From: an uncultured Vicinamibacteraceae bacterium
GTDB lineage: Bacteria > Acidobacteriota > Vicinamibacteria > Vicinamibacterales > UBA8438
Assembly: GCA_964624855.1 (NCBI GenBank)
Contig: CAZUZW010000007.1
Coordinates: 9,331-73,330, forward strand
Length of the DNA: 64,000 bases
Direction: 5' to 3'
This document shows, piece by piece, positions 46,923-58,021 of this stretch (its first letter is position 1; each line of letters begins with the position of its first letter). A program made the translations under genes and the position numbers. The notes beneath the pieces were generated by a model. It searched no databases, was not told the origin of the DNA, and saw only the letters and a list, made by a program, of their open reading frames with translations.

Positions 46923-49025
46923 ATGAAGGTGTATACCGGGGCGAACATCAGAAATGTTGCACTGGTCGGCCACAGCGGGTCTGGCAAAACACAGCTAGCC
47001 TCGGCGATGCTGTTCAATGCCGGTTCGATCACTCGTCTGGGCCTGGTTGATGACGGTACGACTGTCACCGACTTCGACGAAGAAGAGATCGAGCGAAAAC
47101 ACACCCTCGCATCTAGCCTCGCCTTCGCAGAATGGGACAAAGTTAAGATCAACCTGATCGACACACCAGGAATTGCAAATTTCATGAGTGACACGCGAGC
47201 AGCCATGCGTGTGGCGGATGCAGCAGTCCTTGTAGTCGATGCGGTGGCCGGAGTCGAGGTTCAGACTGAAAAGGTATGGAGCATCGCGGAAGAACTGAAC
47301 TTACCTCTCGTTGTCGTACTTAACCGGCTCGACCGCGAACGTGCCAGTCTAGACCGATCACTCAACTCACTACATGATGTCTGTGGTAGGGAAATCGTTC
47401 CAATTCAGCTACCCATCGGAGAAGAACAGTCATTTACTGGTGTGGTCGACTTGGTCTCAATGAAAGCCATGAGCTTCTCAGCCGATGGAAACGGAAAACC
47501 TTCGGACAGTGAAATCCCTGAAAACATGGCTGACGTTGTAAACAGTGCAAGGGAATCGCTTATCGAGATGGTCGCCGAAGCTGATGATGCCTTAATGGAA
47601 CGTTTCTTCGAAGCCGGAACATTGACGCAGGCAGAACTTGAACAAGGCTTGCGGACTGCCGTCGTCAATCGCCGAATATTTCCCCTAGTGTGCTCATCGG
47701 CTGTTGCCAATATTGCCGTACATTCTGTACTCGATGCGATCAGAGCATATGTACCCTCACCCGATGAACATCCTCTACCGGCCGTAGGCCCCGAAAGTGG
47801 TGAACCTGTAACTTACGACGTTGGAGATGATGCACCAGCAACCGCGTTTGTCTGGAAGACCATCGCAGACCCCTTTGCTGGTCGAATCAACCTGTTTCGT
47901 GTTGCCTCGGGTACGCTTGCATCTGACACATCGATATACAACATAAATAGGGAAACGACGGAACGACTTGGAAGTCTCGCGGTGCTTCAAGGTAAAACGC
48001 AGACAACGGTCGATGAAATTAAATGTGGCGACCTAGGCGCTATTGCGAAACTCAAAGAAACACAAACAGCGGATACCTTGGCCCCAAAGGGTAGTCTGCA
48101 TTCGTTTGCCGCAATCAAGTTTGCGGAACCGGTATTGTCATACGCGATCGAACCCAAGAACAGAGGCGACGAAGAGAAGATTGGCGGGTCCGTCCATCGC
48201 CTGGAAGAAGAAGACCCTACAATTCGTTATGCTCGTGATCCACAAACGGGTCAGCTTCTACTCTCAGGGCAAGGTCAATTACACATTGAGGTCACGGTCG
48301 CCAAGCTAAAGCGGAGATTTGGCGTCGAGGTTAATCTCGATCTACCAAGGATTCCTTATCGTGAAACTGTCACAGCAGCAACAGAAGCGCATGGTCGACA
48401 CAAGAAGCAGTCTGGCGGACACGGCCAATTCGGTGATTGCCGGATCCGCGTGAAACCTCTTGCCAGAGGCGAAGATTTTAACTTTGTCGACGATATTCAC
48501 GGTGGATCGATCCCACGAGGGTTTATTCCAGCCGTCGAAAAGGGTATTCAGGAGGCCCGGGTAAAAGGCTACTTGGCCGGATACCCGATGGTGGACTTCG
48601 AGGTCTCCCTTTACGACGGTCAATTCCATGCCGTGGATTCAAACGAGATGTCTTTCAAGATGGCCGGTCGCTTAGCGTTCCGTGACGCAATGTCTAGAGC
48701 AAAACCAACCATACTCGAGCCGGTGATGGACGTAGAGATTCGAGCCCCAAGTGACTTTGCGGGTGATTTAATGGGAGACTTGAACAGTCGTCGAGGGCGT
48801 ATAGGTGGCATGGAGACACGTGGAGCCTCAACTATTATCAAGGCTCAAGTGCCTATGGCAGAAATGTTGACCTACGAGCAACAACTAACGTCTTCAACGA
48901 GCGCTCGGGGTTCATACCACATGGAATTCTCACACTACGAAGAGGTTCCGGCGCACCTACAAACGAAGATCATCGCTGAGATAAAGGCAGAACGAGGAGA
49001 AGGACAGGACGAAGAGTCAGACTAG
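46923..49025 (+). CDS. elongation factor G paralogue (EF-G2-like translational GTPase)
   Basis: 700 aa. G1 is GHSGSGKT rather than the canonical AHIDAGKT; also DTPG and NRLD. EF-G domain II-V organisation is present (GRINLFRVASGTL; HGGSIPRGFIPAVEKG). GAAGGGAG SD precedes ATG 46923. Confidence 0.88.
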   Translation: MKVYTGANIRNVALVGHSGSGKTQLASAMLFNAGSITRLGLVDDGTTVTDFDEEEIERKHTLASSLAFAEWDKVKINLIDTPGIANFMSDTRAAMRVADAAVLVVDAVAGVEVQTEKVWSIAEELNLPLVVVLNRLDRERASLDRSLNSLHDVCGREIVPIQLPIGEEQSFTGVVDLVSMKAMSFSADGNGKPSDSEIPENMADVVNSARESLIEMVAEADDALMERFFEAGTLTQAELEQGLRTAVVNRRIFPLVCSSAVANIAVHSVLDAIRAYVPSPDEHPLPAVGPESGEPVTYDVGDDAPATAFVWKTIADPFAGRINLFRVASGTLASDTSIYNINRETTERLGSLAVLQGKTQTTVDEIKCGDLGAIAKLKETQTADTLAPKGSLHSFAAIKFAEPVLSYAIEPKNRGDEEKIGGSVHRLEEEDPTIRYARDPQTGQLLLSGQGQLHIEVTVAKLKRRFGVEVNLDLPRIPYRETVTAATEAHGRHKKQSGGHGQFGDCRIRVKPLARGEDFNFVDDIHGGSIPRGFIPAVEKGIQEARVKGYLAGYPMVDFEVSLYDGQFHAVDSNEMSFKMAGRLAFRDAMSRAKPTILEPVMDVEIRAPSDFAGDLMGDLNSRRGRIGGMETRGASTIIKAQVPMAEMLTYEQQLTSSTSARGSYHMEFSHYEEVPAHLQTKIIAEIKAERGEGQDEESD

Positions 49026-49038
49026 CAATTCGAAACCA

Positions 49039-49569
49039 CTATTTCGATTCCGCATCTGAGACATCACTCTCGGACGCTCCGCCTCGAATACGCTTAGCCG
49101 CCCGTCTCAGGCGACTTCCTACTCCCTGGTCACCATTGTTCTCATCCGTCTCAGACTGAGCAACAGTGTCGACGTCAGGCGAATACTCGCTACCAACAAG
49201 TTCAAGCTGAGCAACTTCTACAGCATCACCTTGACGATGACCAACTCTTAGGATTCTCGTATACCCGCCTGGCCGATCGGCGAACCTGGGTGCAATGGTG
49301 TCAAATAGTTTGCGAGCCACCGCCCGGTCCGCTAAGTCCCGCGACACCCGTCGCCTGGCATTAAGCGCACGAACCCCCTCAGCACCCTCAGCAGTTCCAC
49401 GCTTCGCCACAGTAATTAGTTGTTCGACAAACGGACGGAGTTCTTTTGCCTTCGCCAGCGTGGTCTTGATGCGCTCATGGCGAAACAGTTCCTGTGCTTG
49501 GTTCCGTAGAAGTGCTATGCGGTGTTCAGTTACCCGCCCCAACTTCCGGTGTGCTATTCGATGGCGCAT
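49039..49569 (-). CDS. rplQ: 50S ribosomal protein L17 (with about 50-aa C-terminal extension)
   Basis: [23 protein letters not shown] at the N-terminus. Last gene of the alpha operon. Confidence 0.95.
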   Translation of the reverse strand: MRHRIAHRKLGRVTEHRIALLRNQAQELFRHERIKTTLAKAKELRPFVEQLITVAKRGTAEGAEGVRALNARRRVSRDLADRAVARKLFDTIAPRFADRPGGYTRILRVGHRQGDAVEVAQLELVGSEYSPDVDTVAQSETDENNGDQGVGSRLRRAAKRIRGGASESDVSDAESK

Positions 49570-49575
49570 AGTCTT

Positions 49576-50568
49576 CTACTCAGCCTGTACCGGTGTCTGG
49601 CCAGAAGGTTCGTCAAACCGCATCCCTAAATGCAGGCCCATCTCAAACAAAATCTCTTTGATCTCATTAAGGGATTTTCGACCGAAGTTCTTTGTTCGTA
49701 ACATCTCAGGTTCAGTCTTTTGTACCAGTTCACGGATCGTCCGAATTTCAGCATTCTTCAGACAATTGTAAGAGCGAACAGACAATTCCAGCTCTTCAAC
49801 GCTCTTATCAAGATGCTCGTTCGCCACCTCCGGTGGTTCATCTTCCGTTGGTTCCTGCTCCGGTTCAACCGGCTCATCCATGTTGATAAAGATATTAAGA
49901 TGATCTCGAAGCAATTTAGCACCAAGGGATACTGCATCGCGGGCAGTCACAGCGCCATCGGTCCAAACATCGACTGTTAACTTGTCGTAGTCGGTAGTCT
50001 GCCCCAAACGAGCCGCCTCAACCAAATAGTTAACCTTCTTGATCGGTGAATGAACCGAGTCAATAGGAATCCAACCAACACCTAAGTCTTCATCGAAATT
50101 TCGATCCGCAGAAACATAACCACGACCGCGATTGACACGAATTTCAAGATCGAGTGACCCACCCTCGCCAATCGTCGCAATATGGACTTCGGGTTCGAGA
50201 ATTTCAACATCTGCGTCAGTCTCGATGTCTCCAGCTGTCACCTCTCCAGCTGTATTGGCTTTAAGCCGCAGCGTCTTCGTGTGATCGACGTGCAGCCTCA
50301 TCGGAACCTGTTTAAGGTTCAAGATGATGTCCGTAGCATCCTCGACAACTCCTTGGATTGGCGAGAATTCATGTAGTACGCCTTCAATCTTTACCGCCGT
50401 GACAGCTGCACCTTCGATGGAAGACAGTAGGACGCGACGAAGAGCGTTACCCACCGTAGTTCCAAACCCTCGTTCAAAGGGTTGCGCGTAAAAGCGCCCG
50501 AAGCGATCCGTTAGTGTGTCACGCTCGTAATCTAGCCGCTTGGGTCGCTGAAAACCTTTCCACAACAT
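49576..50568 (-). CDS. rpoA: DNA-directed RNA polymerase subunit alpha
   Basis: [25 protein letters not shown] in the N-terminal domain and the C-terminal domain motif [16 protein letters not shown]. Confidence 0.96.
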   Translation of the reverse strand: MLWKGFQRPKRLDYERDTLTDRFGRFYAQPFERGFGTTVGNALRRVLLSSIEGAAVTAVKIEGVLHEFSPIQGVVEDATDIILNLKQVPMRLHVDHTKTLRLKANTAGEVTAGDIETDADVEILEPEVHIATIGEGGSLDLEIRVNRGRGYVSADRNFDEDLGVGWIPIDSVHSPIKKVNYLVEAARLGQTTDYDKLTVDVWTDGAVTARDAVSLGAKLLRDHLNIFINMDEPVEPEQEPTEDEPPEVANEHLDKSVEELELSVRSYNCLKNAEIRTIRELVQKTEPEMLRTKNFGRKSLNEIKEILFEMGLHLGMRFDEPSGQTPVQAE

Positions 50569-50604
50569 CGAGTTCTTTCCTTTCAGGGTCGTGAGAACGC
50601 CCGA

Positions 50605-51234
50605 TCATTTCGAATATAGTTCGACGATCAGTTGTTCTTGGACCGGAAGATTTAGTTGGTCACGTGTTGGTATTGACGTCAATCGACCAGCCAAATTCTC
50701 AGGGTCAAGCTGCAACCACTCTGGGATCCCCCGTCCCTTCACTTCTTCCATTGCATAAATTATTGTCGGGTTCTTAACACTGTTCTTGCGAACGGCCACT
50801 TCATCGCCAGCCCGTATCGAGTAAGAGGGTATGTCCGCACGGCGTCCGTTGACCGTAAAATGTCCGTGGCGAACCAGCTGGCGAGCCTGTGGCCGTGATG
50901 TGGCAAATCCAAGACGATAGACAACATTATCTAACCGCCCTTCGAGCAGTTGAAGCAATGTCTCGCCAGTAACACCCTTTCGCCGATCCGCCTCCTTGAA
51001 GTATCGCCGAAATTGACTTTCGAGCACTCCATACATTCGTTTTACACGCTGTTTTTCACGAAGCTGGAGACCATACCCAGCCATTCTGGCTCTTCGGCCT
51101 TTTCCATGCTGACCAGGTGGAACGTTTCGTCTCTCTATGGCGCATTTCTCACCGTAGCAGCGCTCACCCTTGAGAAACAATTTCATACCTTCTCGGCGAC
51201 ACAGCCGACAGGCAGGACCTACATATCGAGCCAT
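50605..51234 (-). CDS. rpsD: 30S ribosomal protein S4
   Basis: [26 protein letters not shown] at the N-terminus (Cys-rich form). ATG 51234 is preferred to the 12-codon longer ORF. Confidence 0.95.
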   Translation of the reverse strand: MARYVGPACRLCRREGMKLFLKGERCYGEKCAIERRNVPPGQHGKGRRARMAGYGLQLREKQRVKRMYGVLESQFRRYFKEADRRKGVTGETLLQLLEGRLDNVVYRLGFATSRPQARQLVRHGHFTVNGRRADIPSYSIRAGDEVAVRKNSVKNPTIIYAMEEVKGRGIPEWLQLDPENLAGRLTSIPTRDQLNLPVQEQLIVELYSK

Positions 51235-51235
51235 C

Positions 51236-51682
51236 TCAAACCCTCCGCCGCTTCGGAGGGCGGCAACCATTGTGCGGAATGGGCGTTACATCTCTGATCG
51301 ATTTGACCGTGAAACCCACAGATGTCTGCAGGGCTCTAATTGCGGATTCTCGGCCAGCCCCTGGACCTTTAACACGAACATCAACAGATCTAACACCGAA
51401 CGCCCGCGCGCCCTGCCCCGCGTTAATCGCTGCTTGAGTCGCGGCAAAAGGAGTACCTTTCCGAGAGCCCTTAAATCCGATTCCTCCTGCACTCGACCAA
51501 GACAACACACTACCTTCAACATCCGTAACTGTGATGATCGTGTTGTTAAACGATGCTTGAATATGAACCACACCGTGCGGAACTACGCGTTTCTCACCGC
51601 GTTTCTTAAACGACTTTCTTTTCTTCTTACCCCGCTTCGCAGGTGTCGGAAGACTGGCATCAACGGTCTCAAGCTTGGCCAT
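51236..51682 (-). CDS. rpsK: 30S ribosomal protein S11
   Basis: [18 protein letters not shown] and [13 protein letters not shown] motifs, with a Lys-rich N-terminal extension. Confidence 0.95.
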   Translation of the reverse strand: MAKLETVDASLPTPAKRGKKKRKSFKKRGEKRVVPHGVVHIQASFNNTIITVTDVEGSVLSWSSAGGIGFKGSRKGTPFAATQAAINAGQGARAFGVRSVDVRVKGPGAGRESAIRALQTSVGFTVKSIRDVTPIPHNGCRPPKRRRV

Positions 51683-51715
51683 GTTCTACCTTCTATTCTT
51701 CAGAATTTCTAGTTG

Positions 51716-52090
51716 TTAAGTTGTCTTCTTCTTGGCGACCGCACCTTTTCGTGGCCCCTTGCGCGTTCGTGCGTTTGTAATAGTTCGTTGGCCTCGAACT
51801 GGAAGATTACGCCGGTGCCTGAGACCACGATAACAACCAATCTCCATCAACCTCTTCACATTCAGAGAAATCTCTTTACGGAGATCACCTTCTACCCTCC
51901 CCTGTTCTTCAATCACACGACTAATCTGACGAACATCGTCTTCAGTCAAATCCTTAACACGAGTGTCTGGATTAACTCCTGAAGCGTCAAGCACACCAGT
52001 CGCACGTGCGGGCCCAATCCCAAAGATGTAGGTCAAACCCACTTCTATTCGTTTCGTTCGAGGAAGATCAACTCCTGCTATACGTGCCAT
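51716..52090 (-). CDS. rpsM: 30S ribosomal protein S13
   Basis: [26 protein letters not shown] at the N-terminus. Confidence 0.96.
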   Translation of the reverse strand: MARIAGVDLPRTKRIEVGLTYIFGIGPARATGVLDASGVNPDTRVKDLTEDDVRQISRVIEEQGRVEGDLRKEISLNVKRLMEIGCYRGLRHRRNLPVRGQRTITNARTRKGPRKGAVAKKKTT

Positions 52091-52113
52091 AACATTTACC
52101 TATTGCGGTACCC

Positions 52114-52227
52114 TCAGCCTTGACGCTGCTTGTGCTTTGGATTGCTACACAGCACCCTCACCACTCCGCGCCGACGAATGATTTTGCACTTATCACATAA
52201 TTTGCGAACCGACGCCCTAACTTTCAT
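52114..52227 (-). CDS. rpmJ: 50S ribosomal protein L36 (Zn-binding C3H form)
   Basis: Hand-translated 37-aa ORF, below the ORF-track cutoff: [37 protein letters not shown]. Canonical position between map and rpsM. Confidence 0.92.
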   Translation of the reverse strand: MKVRASVRKLCDKCKIIRRRGVVRVLCSNPKHKQRQG

Positions 52228-52278
52228 CTCTTACCTCTCAAAACACGTCAATGCCCAGGCGACCTTACTGAGCATGCT

Positions 52279-53100
52279 CTAGCCTTCGCTAGCCGTAGTC
52301 GCAGAAACCGAGCAGCCTACATTCTCGTCATCGACAACAGTCGTAGCATCCTCCCGACGCCGGCTTAAGATCTCAGGACCATCTGCCGTAACAGCCACTG
52401 AATGCTCAAAGTGTGCTGATAAATTACCGTCACGCGTGACGGCCGTCCACCCATCGTCTAACACGCGAACACCGGGCTCGCCCTCGTTTACCATTGGTTC
52501 AATAGCCAGCACCATACCTTCCAGTAACCGTGGTCCACGACCGGGTTCGCCATAATTAGGTATCTGAGGTTCCTCGTGAAGCTGGGTACCAATTCCATGG
52601 CCCACGAACTCTCTGACCACCGAAAACCCAAACGCCTCGACATGCTGCTGAACAGCATGACCTATATCAGACAGCCGGCCGTCCACCTGCACCTTCGTAA
52701 TTGCTCTCTCAAGAGCTTCACTCGTCACCGTCATGAGCTTTGATGCCCGCTCGGACACATTTCCGACACCGACCGTCACTGCCGAGTCACCATAGTAACC
52801 GTCAAAGACAACACCGATATCAATCGAAATGATGTCACCATCTCTTAGCGCTTCGTCGGACGGAATACCGTGAACAACAGCCTCATTGACGGATGCACAA
52901 ATAGTAGAAGGATATCCTTGATAACCCTTAAACGCCGGTTTGGCTCCCACGGCACAAATGCGTGTTTCCGCGACAGCATCCAACTGATTGGTCGTCACCC
53001 CAGGCTCAACCATCGTCTTCAATTCAGACAGAACGTCTGCTACTAATTGATTCGCGGTTCGCATTCGATCCACCTCACCAGACGATTTGCAAACAATCAT
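52279..53100 (-). CDS. map: type I methionine aminopeptidase
   Basis: HGIPSD, DIGVVFDGYYGD, VGHGIG and LAIEPM metal-ligand contexts, with a short C-terminal tail. Confidence 0.94.
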   Translation of the reverse strand: MIVCKSSGEVDRMRTANQLVADVLSELKTMVEPGVTTNQLDAVAETRICAVGAKPAFKGYQGYPSTICASVNEAVVHGIPSDEALRDGDIISIDIGVVFDGYYGDSAVTVGVGNVSERASKLMTVTSEALERAITKVQVDGRLSDIGHAVQQHVEAFGFSVVREFVGHGIGTQLHEEPQIPNYGEPGRGPRLLEGMVLAIEPMVNEGEPGVRVLDDGWTAVTRDGNLSAHFEHSVAVTADGPEILSRRREDATTVVDDENVGCSVSATTASEG

Positions 53101-53762
53101 CCAGTGGCCCCTATAGCTGTATCAACCGCATCTCTAACAGCCGTAGTCACAAGATCAAGTGGTTGGTTCCCATCTAGGCTACGGAAACTTGGTCGCGGCT
53201 TATAAAAATCGACGAGTGGCGATGTCTGCTGATGATAGACTCGAAGTCGTTCGCGTACCACCTCTTCTCGATCATCGCTCCGTTGGACAAGATCGCCGCC
53301 GCACGTACTGCATGTCAATGACGTTGCGGTAGACCCATCAGACTGCAATCCAACAATCGAGCCGCAATCTGCGCATACCCGACGTTTGGACAACCGACTG
53401 ACAAGCTCTTCGTCTGGAACCGAAAGCTCTATTACTACCAGAGTATCTCGTCCATTTAGAATGACATCCAACTCTGAGGCCTGTGACACTGTTCGAGGAA
53501 AGCCATCTAAAATAAAGCCGGTCTCCGCATCTTTCTTGGCAAGCCGTTCTCTGATAATACCAACCACAACCTGATCGCTTACGAGTTCACCAGAATCCAT
53601 AATAGCTTTGGCTTGTCGTCCAAGTTCGGTGCCACTCTGCACAGCCTCTCGCAGAATATCGCCTGTTGAGATCTGTGGAATACCGAGTTCAACAGCCAAT
53701 CGACTAGCCTGAGTGCCCTTGCCAGCCCCTGGAGGCCCGAACATCACGAGATTAAAGGCCAT
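53097..53762 (-). CDS. adk: adenylate kinase (Cys4 Zn lid form)
   Basis: P-loop FGPPGAGKGTQ. The lid carries CADCG...CSTCGG. Confidence 0.95.
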   Translation of the reverse strand: MAFNLVMFGPPGAGKGTQASRLAVELGIPQISTGDILREAVQSGTELGRQAKAIMDSGELVSDQVVVGIIRERLAKKDAETGFILDGFPRTVSQASELDVILNGRDTLVVIELSVPDEELVSRLSKRRVCADCGSIVGLQSDGSTATSLTCSTCGGDLVQRSDDREEVVRERLRVYHQQTSPLVDFYKPRPSFRSLDGNQPLDLVTTAVRDAVDTAIGATG

Positions 53763-53788
53763 GACTGTTTCTCCTCAATTGCACAGTC

Positions 53789-55177
53789 TTATCCTCGTCT
53801 TCCCTTGATGCGAGTTTTTTTCATGAAACCATCGTAGTGACGCATAATCAACTGCGATTCAATCTGCTGTACGGTGTCCATCGAAACACCGACAATAATC
53901 AGCAACGACGTACCACCGAAATAAAAAGTCACACCCAGTCCATCCGTAATGAACCCTGGTAAAAACATGTCAAGTTGGTCGCCCAAAAACGGGACTGCGT
54001 CTGCGCGAAACCCAACAATCATCAAATCTGGAAGTACAGCGACCAATGCTAAATAGACCGAACCAACTACGGTAATCCGAGTCAAAATCGTATCGATATG
54101 CTCCGCTGTTCGTTTTCCTGGGCGTATCCCAGGTACAAAGCCACCATGCTTCCTCATATTCTCGGCGACATCGTCTGGATTGAAGATAATCGCGGTATAG
54201 AAGTAGGCAAAAAACACAATTCCAGACATATACAAAAGGTAATACAAAGGCATACCATTCCTGAGCTGGTCGGTAATAGCTTGAGCCCATCCGCCAGTTG
54301 GCAATGCCGTCGCAATCGTGGCTGGAAACGCGATGATAGACGAAGCGAAGATTACTGGTATCACACCGCCGGTGTTTACCTTGAGCGGAATATGAGTACT
54401 CGTCCCGCCATACATTCGACGGCCGACAACACGCTTAGCGTATTGAACCGTGACACGACGCTGCCCACGTTCGATAAATACGACGGCAGCAATCACCGCG
54501 ACCATCAAGAGAAGTAACAACAAGAGACGAATCAAGCCGATCTGGCCAGTTCTCAATTGGTCAAAGGTGGTGAGTACTGCAGCGGGCAAGTTTACGACTA
54601 TTCCCGCAAAAATTATTAAAGACATCCCGTTGCCGATACCACGTTCGGTAATCTGCTCTCCCAACCACATGATAAATCCAGTACCGGTTGTTAGAGTCAG
54701 TACGGTCATAAGTCGAAATGCCCAGCCAGGACTGTAGACAAGTGGAAGTCCGCCGGCGATGTTTGTTTGCCTTTCCAGAAAAAGAGCAATCGCCATCGCT
54801 TGGACCACACACAACAAAATTGTGCCGTACCTCGTATATTGCGTTATTTTCCTCCGGCCGAGCTCTCCCTCCTTAGATAACCTCTCCAAATACGGCCAGA
54901 CAACGGTTAGTAACTGGATAATAATTGAAGCACTAATATACGGCATGATCCCAAGAGCAAAGATCGTGACTTGAGATAGATTCCCACCAGAGAACATGTC
55001 GTACAAACCAAACATGGTCCCCGCAGCCTGTTCAGCGAGAATTGCCAGTGCCTCGGTGTTCACACCAGGGGTAGGTATATGACTTCCAATCCGATACACC
55101 GCCAGAATAGTGAGTGTGAACAACACTCGCTTTCGAAGATCCGAAATCGAAAAAATACTCTTGAGACTATCAATCAT
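53789..55177 (-). CDS. secY: preprotein translocase subunit SecY
   Basis: 462 aa with 10 TM segments. [26 protein letters not shown] and [14 protein letters not shown] motifs. Confidence 0.96.
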   Translation of the reverse strand: MIDSLKSIFSISDLRKRVLFTLTILAVYRIGSHIPTPGVNTEALAILAEQAAGTMFGLYDMFSGGNLSQVTIFALGIMPYISASIIIQLLTVVWPYLERLSKEGELGRRKITQYTRYGTILLCVVQAMAIALFLERQTNIAGGLPLVYSPGWAFRLMTVLTLTTGTGFIMWLGEQITERGIGNGMSLIIFAGIVVNLPAAVLTTFDQLRTGQIGLIRLLLLLLLMVAVIAAVVFIERGQRRVTVQYAKRVVGRRMYGGTSTHIPLKVNTGGVIPVIFASSIIAFPATIATALPTGGWAQAITDQLRNGMPLYYLLYMSGIVFFAYFYTAIIFNPDDVAENMRKHGGFVPGIRPGKRTAEHIDTILTRITVVGSVYLALVAVLPDLMIVGFRADAVPFLGDQLDMFLPGFITDGLGVTFYFGGTSLLIIVGVSMDTVQQIESQLIMRHYDGFMKKTRIKGRRG

Positions 55178-55653
55178 CCAGAGACTCGACTCCCGGCCTG
55201 CATTGATAGAACACTAGCTACCCCGCCGGCAGCGGTGATAGCCTCGCTTGCTTTGACACTAAATCGATGGGCTTTAACTGTCAGCTTCTTCGATATGTCA
55301 CCACGCGCCAACACTTTAATTGGAGCACGAGATTTTCTGACGAGCTTTCGCTCTCGAAGTATTTCTGGTGTGACTTCTGCTCCGTCATCAAACCTCTCGG
55401 CAAGAGTGTCAAGATTGACGATCGCGTACTCGGTACGGAAAGGATTGTGAAATCCTCGCTTCGGCAACTGACGCTGTATAGGCATCTGGCCGCCTTCAAA
55501 ACCACGCTTGCTTTTATAGCCAGACCGAGACTTCTGGCCCTTGTGGCCGCGTCCAGCTGTAACGCCCGTCCCGGAACCTTCCCCTCGCCCGATTCGCTTC
55601 CTTTTATTTCGAGCTCCTTCGGCAGGACGGAGATTATTAAGATTCATCGACAT
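55174..55653 (-). CDS. rplO: 50S ribosomal protein L15
   Basis: [41 protein letters not shown] at the N-terminus. Confidence 0.95.
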   Translation of the reverse strand: MSMNLNNLRPAEGARNKRKRIGRGEGSGTGVTAGRGHKGQKSRSGYKSKRGFEGGQMPIQRQLPKRGFHNPFRTEYAIVNLDTLAERFDDGAEVTPEILRERKLVRKSRAPIKVLARGDISKKLTVKAHRFSVKASEAITAAGGVASVLSMQAGSRVSG

Positions 55654-55856
55654 TACCCTACCCTCACAAGATGTCTAACCTTGTGAATCATGCCTCGCAC
55701 TGATGAATTATCGACGACGTCAACTGAATGACCAATCCGCCGAAGCCCGAGCCCTTTAACCACAAGAGCTTGGCGTTTATCAAAACCGATTGGGCTTCGT
55801 ACTAATGTCACTTTGACACGAGAAGCTTCGTCATTACGCTGTGCTCGCCTAGTCAT
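55653..55856 (-). CDS. rpmD: 50S ribosomal protein L30
   Basis: [32 protein letters not shown]. Confidence 0.93.
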   Translation of the reverse strand: MTRRAQRNDEASRVKVTLVRSPIGFDKRQALVVKGLGLRRIGHSVDVVDNSSVRGMIHKVRHLVRVG

Positions 55857-56416
55857 GTGATTACTACATCCCCGATAGTTGCCGGTGGACCTATCTTGGT
55901 CGCGGACCGGCCCATCTGCTCAACATCGATTCCTCGCAACCGTGCCACTTGAACTGGGTCTTTCAGCTCAGCCAAACCAGAAAAGGTCGCGCGAACCACA
56001 TTCTGTGGATTATCCGAACCTATCGACTTCGTTAAGATGTTGTGAATACCAGCAGCTTCAACAACAGCCCTTACAGCTCCACCAGCAATAATCCCAGTTC
56101 CTTCCGGCGCTGGCTTCAGCAACACCCGCCCTGCACCGAACCTGCCAACGACAGTATGAGGAATCGTAGTATCTTGGAGCGGAACTCGGATCAATTCTTT
56201 CTTGGCCGCTTCAATCCCCTTTTTTATGGCCGACGGAACCTCTTTGGCTTTTCCTACCGCATAGCCAACATGCCCCAGTCCATCGCCAACGACCACTAGA
56301 GCACTAAAACTGAGGTTCTTACCTCCCTTGACGACCTTTGTGACACGATTAATAGAAACAACCGTGTCTTTGAGGTCTAAATTCGTCGGATCGATCTTGA
56401 CTGGTCCGTTGCCCAT
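55853..56416 (-). CDS. rpsE: 30S ribosomal protein S5
   Basis: [42 protein letters not shown]. Confidence 0.95.
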   Translation of the reverse strand: MGNGPVKIDPTNLDLKDTVVSINRVTKVVKGGKNLSFSALVVVGDGLGHVGYAVGKAKEVPSAIKKGIEAAKKELIRVPLQDTTIPHTVVGRFGAGRVLLKPAPEGTGIIAGGAVRAVVEAAGIHNILTKSIGSDNPQNVVRATFSGLAELKDPVQVARLRGIDVEQMGRSATKIGPPATIGDVVIT

Positions 56417-56418
56417 AC

Positions 56419-56793
56419 TCAGAACTCCAGTCCTGCTTCACGTGCCGCCTCCGCTACGCTGCGGACTCGGCCGTGATAAAGAAACCCACCACGATCAAAA
56501 ACAACTTGTTTGACACCTTGCTTAATCAGTCGCTCCGCAACGGCCTTCCCGATCACCCTCGCTCCTGCTTTATTACCGCCACGGGCACCGTCTTCGAACA
56601 GCGCTTTCACTTCCGCCTCAGAACTAGATGCTGCAACTAGCGTGCAACCCGTCTCGTCATTAATCACCTGCGCCGAGATATGCACCAAGCTACGAGATAC
56701 CGAAAGTCTAGGCCTCGTAGCAGTTCCATGAATCCGTTGTCGCTGCCGCAGTCGAACACGAGTCCGACGGGCCTTCTTGGTTTTGACTTTCAT
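56419..56793 (-). CDS. rplR: 50S ribosomal protein L18
   Basis: [18 protein letters not shown] and [27 protein letters not shown]. Confidence 0.95.
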   Translation of the reverse strand: MKVKTKKARRTRVRLRQRQRIHGTATRPRLSVSRSLVHISAQVINDETGCTLVAASSSEAEVKALFEDGARGGNKAGARVIGKAVAERLIKQGVKQVVFDRGGFLYHGRVRSVAEAAREAGLEF

Positions 56794-56796
56794 TCA

Positions 56797-57336
56797 CTAG
56801 GCTCCGGTCTTACCAACCTTCTTCTTAAGCACTTCACCCGTGTACCGAACGCCTTTCTGCTTATATGGATCGGGTTTACGGAATGAACGAATATCAGCAG
56901 CTACCTGACCGACTTGCTGTCGGTCAATGCCACGCACGACGATATGAGTTTGTTTGTCAACAGTGATCTCGATACCAGGTGGAATATCAAAAACTACAGG
57001 ATGTGAATACCCCAGTGCGAAAACCACTGTCTTACCTTTGACTTCAGCCCGGTACCCAATACCAACGATATCCAATTCTTTCTTAAATCCCTCTGTAACG
57101 CCGTGAACCGCATTTGCCACAAGACTACGCGCCAAGCCATGAAACTTTCCGAGTGATTTGTTGCCCTCATTGACGAGTTGAGCATGCAGTTGACCATCGT
57201 TTAATTCAAAACGAACGACAGACGGAAAAATCTGTTTCAGCTTTCCCTTTGGACCTTCAACGTCAACACTGTCTACATGGACAGTCACTTTGACACCATC
57301 AGGCACAGGAATTGGCTTTTTACCTACACGCGACAT
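56797..57336 (-). CDS. rplF: 50S ribosomal protein L6
   Basis: MSRVGKKPIPVPDGVKVTV at the N-terminus and GIGYRAEVKG. Confidence 0.95.
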   Translation of the reverse strand: MSRVGKKPIPVPDGVKVTVHVDSVDVEGPKGKLKQIFPSVVRFELNDGQLHAQLVNEGNKSLGKFHGLARSLVANAVHGVTEGFKKELDIVGIGYRAEVKGKTVVFALGYSHPVVFDIPPGIEITVDKQTHIVVRGIDRQQVGQVAADIRSFRKPDPYKQKGVRYTGEVLKKKVGKTGA

Positions 57337-57358
57337 TGATAATTACTCGCAATCTAAT

Positions 57359-57769
57359 TCACCAAACATTACAAAGAACCTCGCCTCCCACGCCGGCTTC
57401 GGTGGCTTGGCGACCCGTCATAACACCATGCGAGGTAGTCACAATACTTGTCCCAAGGCCCGCTAACACCGAGGGTGGTTTGTCTTTAGGACAATACACC
57501 CTTCTACCAGGCCGACTCACTCGCTCAAGACCTGAAAGAACCCGTTCTCCGCGAGGTCCGTACTTCAGAAAAATACGGATCATCTTGTCTGGATATCCTC
57601 GCCGGTCAACCGGAAGTTCTACGAACTTGAAACCTTGAATGTATCCTTCGTTCTGCAAAATTTTTGCGATCTCGGCCTTAAGTTTGGACTGCGGCACATC
57701 TACACGAGGCCGCCGTCCCGACGTTGCGTTACGAATCCGCGTCAGCATGTCGGCAATCTGGTCTGGCAT
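57359..57769 (-). CDS. rpsH: 30S ribosomal protein S8
   Basis: IADMLTRIRNA at the N-terminus and GGEVLCNVW at the C-terminus. Confidence 0.95.
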   Translation of the reverse strand: MPDQIADMLTRIRNATSGRRPRVDVPQSKLKAEIAKILQNEGYIQGFKFVELPVDRRGYPDKMIRIFLKYGPRGERVLSGLERVSRPGRRVYCPKDKPPSVLAGLGTSIVTTSHGVMTGRQATEAGVGGEVLCNVW

Positions 57770-57829
57770 AGTTCTCCGTCTCTACTCGTCCTTGTCAATT
57801 CCGTGGCAAAACCTTCAACCAACGAAGGG

Positions 57830-58015
57830 CTACCAACTACTCTTGGTCACACCCGCGATCTCACCCTCGAGAGCAAGCTTGCGGAAGCACAAACGGCACA
57901 ATGCAAACTTTCGAAGGTAACCTCGTGGACGCCCACACAACCGACAGCGGTTGCGTAAACGAACCCTGAACTTGGGCAATCTGAGTTCTTTAACTTTTTT
58001 CGCTATGGTCGACAT
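57830..58015 (-). CDS. rpsN: 30S ribosomal protein S14, type Z (Zn-binding)
   Basis: 61 aa with [20 protein letters not shown] (CxxC-x12-CxxC). Confidence 0.94.
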   Translation of the reverse strand: MSTIAKKVKELRLPKFRVRLRNRCRLCGRPRGYLRKFALCRLCFRKLALEGEIAGVTKSSW

Positions 58016-58021
58016 ATGTTC

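Noticed and set aside
51170-51712. 180-aa + strand ORF antisense to rpsK/rpsD, and a 177-aa one at 59654-60187 antisense to rplP/rpmC
   Set aside because: These are shadow ORFs opposite highly conserved ribosomal protein genes.
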